Part shown: positions 16,575 through 24,801 of the stretch, in pieces
Layout: every line of letters begins with the position of its first letter
Numbering within the stretch: position 1 is the stretch's first letter
The notes under the pieces: generated by a model
Database searches by the model: none
Seen by the model: only the letters and a program-made list of their open reading frames with translations
What the model was told of the DNA's origin: nothing
Made by a program: the position numbers and the translations under genes
IMG/VR virus record: IMGVR_UViG_3300030098_004828
Span: 124,001 to 188,000 of that record
DNA length: 64,000 nucleotides
Reading direction: 5' to 3' (one strand)

Positions 16575-16898
16575 ATGTCAGAAGAAAATGAAAAAAATGA
16601 TCCTTTTAATGATTTAAGTGAATCAGAAAAATATCATGTAGAGCAGATGATGATAGATAGAGCGTATGAAAACTCGTATAAATTAATAACGAAGAAAACA
16701 ACGTTTGAAGATTTGATGGATGCTAGATCAGTGTATGAATCAAAAGATAAATCAATTGAATTTAGAAGTATATTGATATATGATCCTTCAGAAGGATGGG
16801 ATGATTTACATTTAGAAGATATGATTGATTATTTTGAAGAAACGGAGGAATATGAGAAATGTGCTGAATTGAAAAAAATATTAGATAGTTATGTATAA
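16575..16898 (+). CDS. Hypothetical protein with C-terminal UVR-like motif
   Basis: FEETEEYEKCAELKKILD. Confidence 0.7.
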   Translation: MSEENEKNDPFNDLSESEKYHVEQMMIDRAYENSYKLITKKTTFEDLMDARSVYESKDKSIEFRSILIYDPSEGWDDLHLEDMIDYFEETEEYEKCAELKKILDSYV

Positions 16899-17271
16899 TT
16901 ACAATGCAAAGTGTATTAGAGTAGTGGATGGTGACACTATTGATGCAGAAATAGATCTTGGTTTTGATATCAAGGTAACTAAAAGAATAAGGTTAGGTGG
17001 GATCAACGCACCTGAATCTAGAACAAGAAATAAAGTTGAAAAGAAATTAGGGTTAGCTGCTAAGGAGAGATTAAAGGAAATGTTAGAGGGAGCTGCTAAT
17101 TGTTTTGAACTAGAATCCAAAGAACTCGGTAAGTTTGGTAGGGTTATTGGTAAACTGCATATAGATAAAATTGCTGGAAAAGATGTAATAACTAAAGTTT
17201 GCGTAAATGATTGTCTCGTAAAAGAAGGTTATGCAGTGGAATATGACGGGGGCAAACGTAAAAGTATTTAA
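16891..17271 (+). CDS. Thermonuclease (SNase-like) nuclease
   Basis: RVVDGDT, IRLGGINAPE, GKFGRVIG, LVKEGYA. Confidence 0.9.
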   Translation: MYNYNAKCIRVVDGDTIDAEIDLGFDIKVTKRIRLGGINAPESRTRNKVEKKLGLAAKERLKEMLEGAANCFELESKELGKFGRVIGKLHIDKIAGKDVITKVCVNDCLVKEGYAVEYDGGKRKSI

Positions 17272-17274
17272 AAA

Positions 17275-17487
17275 ATGAATATATTTAAAGACAATAATGA
17301 TTGGAACGAAAAAGCTATAGTCGGATTTGTAGCTTTTATAATAATGTGTATAATAATGATTGCTGATCTTGCCACTGGTTGGTACGGTTATGATCTTGTA
17401 ATTAATGAATTTGTATATGATTCATTTGTTTGGGTTGTTCTCGGCTGCTTTGGTATTAGCGGTGTAGAGAAATTTGCCAAAAAATGA
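17275..17487 (+). CDS. Two-TM protein, holin candidate
   Basis: Two hydrophobic helices, basic C-terminus EKFAKK. Confidence 0.55.
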   Translation: MNIFKDNNDWNEKAIVGFVAFIIMCIIMIADLATGWYGYDLVINEFVYDSFVWVVLGCFGISGVEKFAKK

Positions 17488-18449
17488 AATACGTAGGTAA
17501 GCATAAACTATTTGATGATCTAATGATAGGAGGAGTTCTTCTTACTCCACCAGATCCTGCTACATATGCTTATGAATTAACCCTTCCTAATGATGATGGT
17601 ACATCAAATCAAGTATTAACTACTGATGGTAATGGTGTTTTAACTTGGACTACTGTTAGTTCAGGAACTACATATTCAGCTGGAGATGGTTTAGATCTTT
17701 CTGGTACTACATTTAGTACTGATATTAAAGCAAACAGTGGATTAGTTATAGATTCTACAGAATTATCAATGGATCTAGGAGCTTCCAGTATTACAGGAAC
17801 ATTAGCTGTAGGTGATGGAGGAACAGGAGCAACTTCTTTAACTGATAACGCTATATTATCTGGAACTGGTAGTAGTGCTATAACAGCTGAAGATACAAGT
17901 ATATCAAGTGGTGTAATTTCACGATCTGGAACTATAGAATTAGCTGGAACAACTGTGACATTAGATTCTGCAGGAGATATAGAATTAGAAGTTGGTGCTG
18001 TTACTAATTATGTAGATACAGATGGAATATTTAGAGGATATAATGTAGGATCAATATCTGATGGCTTTATTCCATTGATGCCTATTGATTTTGCAGTTGC
18101 TGATAGTTTTAGACAATATGGTAGTATGGGATTAAATGGACATTTTATGGCACCTAGTGCTGATAGAAACGTGTATGTTGCTCAAAAAATAATACCAAGA
18201 GGATATACTGCTAGTTCTGTTGTAGTAAATGGATTAGATGCCAATGGAAATGCAACATATAGATGTTATGTAGGAGATATTACTGGAACAACCCCAGTTG
18301 CCGTATCCTCATCTACAGCATTAAATAGTGTTGCTACATTTAGTTCAAATATTGTAGGAGATGGATCAAAATATTGTACAATAGTATATGATCCAGGTGA
18401 CACAGTAGATGTAATTTATGGAGGAAAAATTAATATAGCTAAAACATAA
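17484..18449 (+). CDS. Fibre/spike-like virion protein
   Basis: LTLPNDDGTSNQVLTTDGNGVLTW, YSAGDGLDLSGTTFS and LAVGDGGTGATS fibre-shaft motifs. Confidence 0.7.
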   Translation: MKYVGKHKLFDDLMIGGVLLTPPDPATYAYELTLPNDDGTSNQVLTTDGNGVLTWTTVSSGTTYSAGDGLDLSGTTFSTDIKANSGLVIDSTELSMDLGASSITGTLAVGDGGTGATSLTDNAILSGTGSSAITAEDTSISSGVISRSGTIELAGTTVTLDSAGDIELEVGAVTNYVDTDGIFRGYNVGSISDGFIPLMPIDFAVADSFRQYGSMGLNGHFMAPSADRNVYVAQKIIPRGYTASSVVVNGLDANGNATYRCYVGDITGTTPVAVSSSTALNSVATFSSNIVGDGSKYCTIVYDPGDTVDVIYGGKINIAKT

Positions 18450-18459
18450 AAGTAATAAT

Positions 18460-18804
18460 ATGGCAACAATAACAGTAAATTTATCAGGAACAACACCACA
18501 ACGTGTAACACCAGCATTAGATGCTTTAAGTAAACAAACAAAAATTAATTCTTTAATAATAGCTAATACACATAATGCTACTATAGGAGTTAAAGTATTC
18601 TTAGATACTGATGGTGCAGGTGCAAATCCAGATTATTATATTTTAGGAGGTGCATCAGCATCACATAGACTTGCTACAGGTTATAGTATTGATGTATTTG
18701 AAGATACACCTTTTGAGATTCCATCTAGTACAGCAATATGGGTTAGTTTAACTGCTAATACTGCAAGTGCTATCTGTAATTATACTACTATAGATAGTTT
18801 TTAA
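18460..18804 (+). CDS. Small beta-rich putative virion protein
   Basis: ORF track, 114 aa. Confidence 0.7.
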   Translation: MATITVNLSGTTPQRVTPALDALSKQTKINSLIIANTHNATIGVKVFLDTDGAGANPDYYILGGASASHRLATGYSIDVFEDTPFEIPSSTAIWVSLTANTASAICNYTTIDSF

Positions 18805-18844
18805 ATTTTTTTCTTCTAAACTTTTTTTATTTAAACTTTTTATA

Positions 18845-18852
18845 TATATTTG
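18845..18852 (+). promoter_or_regulatory. Bacteroidota sigmaA -7 element
   Basis: TATATTTG (TAnnTTTG) 29 nt upstream of the ATG at 18882. Confidence 0.55.
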
Positions 18853-18881
18853 CCTATTATTAATTTTAAAATTTAAAAATC

Positions 18882-19259
18882 ATGGCAGATAACACTGTGA
18901 ATTCTGGAGATACTCCAGAAACTCTATCTCCAGAAGAGATGGCAAAAAGAAGAGCTGAAATTACAGCTTATTATGAAGAACATATTCCTTCATTAAAAAT
19001 TCAATTACAATATGAAGAGCTTTTAAGAGACATTGAAAAAATGCGTGCTGAAAGATTACAAGCTCAAATGTTTATAACTAAATCTATGGCGGAACCACCA
19101 ACTGGACCAACTACACCTCCAATGCCAGGAAAACCTGCGCAAAAGGAATTTAATAAAGCTAAAGCAGCTAATACTATAGCTAATATGCCAGAAAAAAAAG
19201 GTGATTGTCCTGGATGTGATAAGAAAAAAGAAAAAGCTTTAAAAGATGCAACTAAGTAG
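18882..19259 (+). CDS. Coiled-coil hypothetical protein
   Basis: ORF track. Confidence 0.75.
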   Translation: MADNTVNSGDTPETLSPEEMAKRRAEITAYYEEHIPSLKIQLQYEELLRDIEKMRAERLQAQMFITKSMAEPPTGPTTPPMPGKPAQKEFNKAKAANTIANMPEKKGDCPGCDKKKEKALKDATK

Positions 19260-19866
19260 AGAAAAAATTCAAGAAACCATCAAACGTAAAACAGATTATC
19301 TGTGGTTTAGCAAAGGTGATTACAATCTTAATATTGTGGGTGTAAGAAACTCAGATACTAAGAATGAAGTTACAAACCGTTTTGATGATAAAATAACTCT
19401 TTCTTATAAAGTTAATGGTGAATGGCAATTCCATTGTTTTGATTGTACAACAGATCCAGGAACACACTGGGTTGAAAATATCATGAGAAAAGATGGAGTT
19501 GCAATCCTTAAACCTGGTCAATATAGAGGAAGTCATATTATTAGAAAACATCAAGGTAGATATGAAGCTTTAGGACAAGATAGACCTGTAAAAGTATATA
19601 GAGATGATAATAGAGATCATATGTATAATCTTTATGAATCTGCAGTACAAGAGGGAAATTTTGGAATAAATATTCATAGAGCTACTAAATATGCTGGTAA
19701 AAAATCTACACAAGTAGATAAATGGTCAGCAGGTTGTCAAGTAATTGCAGCTAATGATGATTGGAAATTATTTATGAAAATCTGTAGAAAAGCCAGAGAT
19801 GAATGGGGTAATAGATTTACTTATACTTTATTGGAAAGTAAAGATATATTACATTCATGGCTATAG
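19246..19866 (+). CDS. Putative peptidoglycan-active enzyme (L,D-transpeptidase/YkuD-like), endolysin candidate
   Basis: GINIH...WSAGCQV His/Cys motif (HxnSxGC), LNIVGVR, TTDPG. Confidence 0.65.
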   Translation: MQLSREKIQETIKRKTDYLWFSKGDYNLNIVGVRNSDTKNEVTNRFDDKITLSYKVNGEWQFHCFDCTTDPGTHWVENIMRKDGVAILKPGQYRGSHIIRKHQGRYEALGQDRPVKVYRDDNRDHMYNLYESAVQEGNFGINIHRATKYAGKKSTQVDKWSAGCQVIAANDDWKLFMKICRKARDEWGNRFTYTLLESKDILHSWL

Positions 19867-20228
19867 TTAATAAAGTAGACAAGAAAGTTAAAATGAGTAA
19901 GGATCAGGTAATTAAATATCAGATCCTTACCCATTGCTTTTTAAATGATATACAAATCAGTGCATCAGATCTTTTATGTTTAACAGAATTATCAAAATTA
20001 AATGATAAAGAGTTAACAGAATTTTGTAAATTAATATCTGAAAAAAAGATATTTAAAAGTGCACAATCTTGTAGAAACGCCCTTACAAAAGCAGAAAAAA
20101 AAGGTCTAATAATTAAAAATGGATCTAATAAAAAAACTATATCTTTAAATCCTGATATGAATATTCAGATAGAAGGTACAATTTTATTAGACTATAAAAT
20201 TTTAGGAATTGAAACCAAAAAGTCATAA
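19857..20228 (+). CDS. Winged-helix DNA-binding protein
   Basis: SAQSCRNALTKAEKKGLIIK...ISLNP. Confidence 0.6.
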   Translation: MAIVNKVDKKVKMSKDQVIKYQILTHCFLNDIQISASDLLCLTELSKLNDKELTEFCKLISEKKIFKSAQSCRNALTKAEKKGLIIKNGSNKKTISLNPDMNIQIEGTILLDYKILGIETKKS

Positions 20229-20568
20229 AGCTTTTTTTGAAGAAGTGGCAAAAGAAATAGGAGTACATAAAGATGTAGTAGATGATTTAGTAACTTTTTA
20301 TTATGGTAAAGTTAGAAAGAGTTTATCAGAATTAGAAGATACACATATTAGTATTGCAAATTTAGGAACTTTTATTTTAAGAAAAAGCAAATTGGAAAAA
20401 GCAATTAAAAGACAAAAAGATATTTTAGGAAATCTTGAAAAAATGACATATAAAGGTTATGATAAATATGTTCCTGTAAAAGAAAAAATAAAATCCTTAG
20501 AAAAAGCATTAGAACTTGTTAAGGATAAATTAAAAAAGAAAAAAGATTTTAAAAATGAAAATAAATAA
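20209..20568 (+). CDS. HU/IHF-like DNA-binding protein
   Basis: EEVAKEIGVHKDVVDDLV...ISIANLGTF. Confidence 0.65.
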   Translation: MKPKSHKAFFEEVAKEIGVHKDVVDDLVTFYYGKVRKSLSELEDTHISIANLGTFILRKSKLEKAIKRQKDILGNLEKMTYKGYDKYVPVKEKIKSLEKALELVKDKLKKKKDFKNENK

Positions 20569-20890
20569 AATTATAGGTGCTCTTGGTAATATGGGTCAAA
20601 TAATGGAAGGTATTAAAAATAAAGTTTTTAAAGATGAAGATGTAGAAGAAATTGCAAGAGAAAGATGGGTAATATGTGCAGAATGTGAATATTTAGATGA
20701 AATTGGAAATAAATGTGCAGTAAAAGCTACTAAACCCTGTTGTGGTAAATGTGGTTGTAGTTTAGGATTAAAACTTAGAGCATTATCTTCAGGTTGTCCT
20801 GTAGGTAAATGGAAACATGTTACAGATATAAAAACAGAACGTGCACTTAAAGAACAAATAAAACAAAAAGAAGATGCCAATAATATTTAA
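20555..20890 (+). CDS. Cys-rich zinc-binding protein
   Basis: CAEC...C...CCGKCGC...CPVGKW. Confidence 0.75.
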   Translation: MKINKIIGALGNMGQIMEGIKNKVFKDEDVEEIARERWVICAECEYLDEIGNKCAVKATKPCCGKCGCSLGLKLRALSSGCPVGKWKHVTDIKTERALKEQIKQKEDANNI

Positions 20891-21707
20891 ATCAGACGGT
20901 CATGTATATGAAACACTTAATGAAGATCTTGAAAAAGACCAGATTAAGTGGACAAGTGTTACATCATTTGTAGGTATGTTTAAACCTAAATTTGATGCAG
21001 AAGCACAAGCTAAAAAATCTTCTAAAAATAAAAGATCTAAATGGTATAAAATACCTCCAAAAGAAATATTAGCTATTTGGAACAAAGAATCTGAAAGAGC
21101 TATTACATTAGGTAATTGGTATCATGATGAAAGAGAAAAGAGATTAGTGGAATTTAAAACTATTGAAAGAGATGGTGTTGAAGTTCCAATAATAAAACCA
21201 ATAATAGATCAAAATGGTATAAAAATTGCACCTGAACAAAAATTATCTGCAGGTGTATATCCAGAACATTTTGTTTATTTAAAATCATTAGGTATTTGTG
21301 GACAAGCAGATCTTGTAACAATAGTTAATAATAAAATAAATATACTTGATTATAAAACAAATAAAGAAATTAAAGAAAAAGGATTTACTAATTGGGAAGG
21401 TATTACATCTAAAATGTATAAACCTGTTAGTAATTTAGATGATTGCAATCTTAAACATTATAATTTACAATTAAGTTTATATGCATATATAATTAAAAAA
21501 CATAATCCTAAACTTAAAATAGGAGAATTAACTATTCAACATGTTATATTTGAAAAAGAAGGAGATGATAAACATGGATATCCTATAACAAAATATAATG
21601 ATCAAAATGAACCAATTATAAAAGATATTAAAATATATAATCTTCCATATCTAAAGCAAGAAGTACAAAGTTTAGTGATGTGGTTAAAAGACAATCCACT
21701 ATGTTAA
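20874..21707 (+). CDS. PD-(D/E)XK exonuclease
   Basis: SVTS, GNWYH, E...GQADL...ILDYKT, YNLQLSLY. Confidence 0.85.
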   Translation: MPIIFKSDGHVYETLNEDLEKDQIKWTSVTSFVGMFKPKFDAEAQAKKSSKNKRSKWYKIPPKEILAIWNKESERAITLGNWYHDEREKRLVEFKTIERDGVEVPIIKPIIDQNGIKIAPEQKLSAGVYPEHFVYLKSLGICGQADLVTIVNNKINILDYKTNKEIKEKGFTNWEGITSKMYKPVSNLDDCNLKHYNLQLSLYAYIIKKHNPKLKIGELTIQHVIFEKEGDDKHGYPITKYNDQNEPIIKDIKIYNLPYLKQEVQSLVMWLKDNPLC

Positions 21708-22219
21708 TAAAATTATTTGATATACAAAATGACAAAGTTGTTCCTAGCGAGCACTGTTATACATTAAAATCTCTTAAAAAAATAATGGATGAGTATCCAG
21801 ATACATATTTATCTATATATCAATATGTATTTTACATGACTTGTCCAGATCCAGATATGAATCCTTTTTTTAATCTACCTGAACATGAAAAAGAAGATAT
21901 GATTATAGAAGAAATAGGATTAGAAGAATCTACAGAAGATGGTGCAATAAGACATGCTGTAGATACTTGCAAAGAATTATATGAAACTCCTACATATAGA
22001 GCATACAAAGGTATAAAGAGTATGTTAGATAGATTGGCTAGATATATGGAAACTACAGCTATTGATCACGGTAGAGATGGTAATTTAACTGCATTAGTTA
22101 ATACTGCTGCTAAGTTTGATCAAATTAGACAATCATTTAAAGGAGCTTATAATGATATGAAAGATGAACAAAAAAGCCATGTCCGCGGTGGACAAGGATT
22201 AGCTTATGATCAATTATAA
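21701..22219 (+). CDS. Helical protein upstream of terminase (small-terminase candidate)
   Basis: ORF track (ATG 21701); position; C-terminal VRGG. Confidence 0.5.
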   Translation: MLIKLFDIQNDKVVPSEHCYTLKSLKKIMDEYPDTYLSIYQYVFYMTCPDPDMNPFFNLPEHEKEDMIIEEIGLEESTEDGAIRHAVDTCKELYETPTYRAYKGIKSMLDRLARYMETTAIDHGRDGNLTALVNTAAKFDQIRQSFKGAYNDMKDEQKSHVRGGQGLAYDQL

Positions 22220-22230
22220 AATTTAAAACT

Positions 22231-22515
22231 ATGTCAAAACAAAAAGTAACACCAATTGGTAAAAGATTATTAATTAAAATGGTTCCTATTGTAGAAGAAA
22301 CAGCTTCAGGAATTTATTTACCAGAATCTCAACAACAACAAAAACCACAAGGTTGGATTGTAGCAAAAGGTACTAGTGCTACAGATGAATTATCTGTTGG
22401 AGATTTTGTTGAATGGGAATTTATGGATACAAAAGGACATGAATATATACATGAAGGAGAAACTCATATAATACTATTTGATAATGCCATAAAGGTAAAA
22501 TTAGAGGATGTATAA
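22231..22515 (+). CDS. groES: Co-chaperonin GroES-like
   Basis: PIGKRLLIK, mobile loop TASGIYLP, GWIVAKG, VGDFV. Confidence 0.88.
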   Translation: MSKQKVTPIGKRLLIKMVPIVEETASGIYLPESQQQQKPQGWIVAKGTSATDELSVGDFVEWEFMDTKGHEYIHEGETHIILFDNAIKVKLEDV

Positions 22516-24697
22516 AAAAATACCCACTTATAAAGATGGGAAGTGGGATCATAAAGAATTCAAAACCAAACAAGACTTTATTGATTTCCTTCTTACTATT
22601 TTCAAAGAACCAGGGCAGTATCAATTTGATGAAACTGCTCTGTTGTTCAATGAAGAAGCTAAAAAATTTAATTCTAAAGGATATTATTGTTCTAAACCTT
22701 TCAGATCAAAAGATTATATAAAATATTGGAATGATCAAAAAGAAAAGTGTAGAGAAGGTGTTATATATTATGGTGAAAAACATATATGGTATATAACAAG
22801 AGATTATTATATGTGGTTAAATTTTCTTCCTATTTTTGATAAAGAAGAAAGACATTATGGTTTTGCTAAAGTAAGAGATGCACAATATCACATGGCGTTA
22901 TATGAAATCTTAGCAGAATTACATCACAGACACGTAGCTATTCTTAAAAAACGTCAGATAGCTTCTTCTTATTTTCATATGGCAAAAGTTATAAATCAAT
23001 TTTGGTTTGAAGAAGGATCTATATGTAAAATAGGTGCATCACTTAAAGATTATATAAATGATAAAGGTTCATGGAAATTTTTAGAAGAATATAAAACATT
23101 CCTTAATGAACATACTGCTTGGTATAGACCAACTAATCCGGCAAAAGTATTATTATGGGAACAAAAAATAGAAGTAAGAGTTAATGATAGAAAAACACAT
23201 AAAGGTTTAATGTCAAAAATTCAAGGTGCTTCCTTTGAGAAAAATCCAACTACTGGTGTTGGTGGACCTTGTACTTACTTCTTTCATGAAGAGGCGGGTA
23301 TTGCCCCTAAAATGGATCAAACATTTGAGTATATTAGACCTGCAATGACATCAGGTATGATGACTACAGGTATGTTTATTGCTGCTGGTTCAGTGGGTGA
23401 TCTTGATCAATGTGAACCTTTAAAGCAAATGATATTAAATCCACAAGGAAATGATATATACGGTGTTGAAACTAATTTAATGGATGATAAAGGTACTATA
23501 GGTGTATGTGGTTTGTTTATTCCAGAACAATGGTCTATGCCTCCACATATAGATAAATATGGTAATTCATTAGTTGAACAAGCTTTAAAAGCTATAGAAG
23601 AAGAAAGAGCACAATGGAAAAAAGATCTTGCACCTGAACAATACCAATTACGTATATCACAAAAACCAATTGATATTGCAGAAGCATTTGCATATAGACA
23701 AGAAGCAGTTTTTCCACAAAGCATAATAACAAAACAAATAAAGAAAATAGAAGATAAAGAATATGCTTATGAGTTAATAAAATTAGAAAGAGATCAAGAT
23801 GGAATTAAACATAGCAGAACTAAAAAATTACCTATATCTAAATTTCCAGTAGATAAAAAAATGGAAGATAAAACAGGATCTATAGTTGTATGGGAAAGAC
23901 CTGCTAAAAATCCTACATTTAGTATGTATTATGCATCTATTGACCCTGTATCAGAAGGTAAAACAACTACATCAGATTCTTTATGTAGTATATTTGTTTA
24001 TAAGAATCCTATTGAAGTAACAAAACAAACATCTGAAGGTTTAGAGCATTATACGGAAAGAGATAAAATTGTTGCTGCATGGTGTGGTAGATTTGATGAT
24101 ATAAATAAAACACATGAAAGACTTGAACTTATAATAGAATGGTATAATGCTTGGACATTAGTTGAGAATAATATATCTCTTTTTATTCAACATATGATTG
24201 CTAAAAGAAAACAAAAGTATTTAGTACCTAAACAACAAATAGTATTCTTAAAAGATCTTGGATCTAATCAAAATGTATTTCAAGAATATGGTTGGAAAAA
24301 TACAGGAACACTATTTAAAAATCATCTTATATCTTATGCAATTGAATTTGTAAGAGAAGAAATAGATCAAGAGTTTGATGAGAGTGGAGAAGTTGTATCA
24401 TCCATGCTTGGAGTAGAAAGAATTCCAGATAAAATGTTACTTACAGAAATGCTTCAATACTTTCCTGGATTAAATGTGGATAGGTTAGTTGCATTTTCTG
24501 CATTGATAGCATTTGCAAAGCTACAACAAGCTAATAGAGGTTATATTAAGCGTCTAGATAAAGATAAGTCTCTAGATAACTTGGATAACTCACAAAAAAT
24601 GTATAAATTATCTAGTAGGCCTTTTAAAAATTTAGGCAGAAGTAAAAAAGCTTTTGGTAAGGGTTTTAAGAAGTCTCCATATAAAAACTTAAAGTGA
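22508..24697 (+). CDS. terL: Terminase large subunit
   Basis: LKKRQIASSY Walker A variant, FHEEAG Walker B, nuclease SIDP...D, VENN, NVDR. Confidence 0.92.
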   Translation: MYKKIPTYKDGKWDHKEFKTKQDFIDFLLTIFKEPGQYQFDETALLFNEEAKKFNSKGYYCSKPFRSKDYIKYWNDQKEKCREGVIYYGEKHIWYITRDYYMWLNFLPIFDKEERHYGFAKVRDAQYHMALYEILAELHHRHVAILKKRQIASSYFHMAKVINQFWFEEGSICKIGASLKDYINDKGSWKFLEEYKTFLNEHTAWYRPTNPAKVLLWEQKIEVRVNDRKTHKGLMSKIQGASFEKNPTTGVGGPCTYFFHEEAGIAPKMDQTFEYIRPAMTSGMMTTGMFIAAGSVGDLDQCEPLKQMILNPQGNDIYGVETNLMDDKGTIGVCGLFIPEQWSMPPHIDKYGNSLVEQALKAIEEERAQWKKDLAPEQYQLRISQKPIDIAEAFAYRQEAVFPQSIITKQIKKIEDKEYAYELIKLERDQDGIKHSRTKKLPISKFPVDKKMEDKTGSIVVWERPAKNPTFSMYYASIDPVSEGKTTTSDSLCSIFVYKNPIEVTKQTSEGLEHYTERDKIVAAWCGRFDDINKTHERLELIIEWYNAWTLVENNISLFIQHMIAKRKQKYLVPKQQIVFLKDLGSNQNVFQEYGWKNTGTLFKNHLISYAIEFVREEIDQEFDESGEVVSSMLGVERIPDKMLLTEMLQYFPGLNVDRLVAFSALIAFAKLQQANRGYIKRLDKDKSLDNLDNSQKMYKLSSRPFKNLGRSKKAFGKGFKKSPYKNLK

Positions 24698-24798
24698 TGA
24701 ATAAATATTGGACAACTACATCAACAGGACTAAATACTGAATGGACTACATCTTCTTCATATGAAAATATCTCCATAAACTACTTAATTAAAAAATAA
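24697..24798 (+). CDS. 33-aa micro-ORF between terminase and portal
   Basis: MNKYWTTTSTGLNTEWTTSSSYENISINYLIKK; TGATG overlap; ends 3 nt before the portal ATG. Confidence 0.45.
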   Translation: MNKYWTTTSTGLNTEWTTSSSYENISINYLIKK

Positions 24799-24801
24799 TA
24801 T

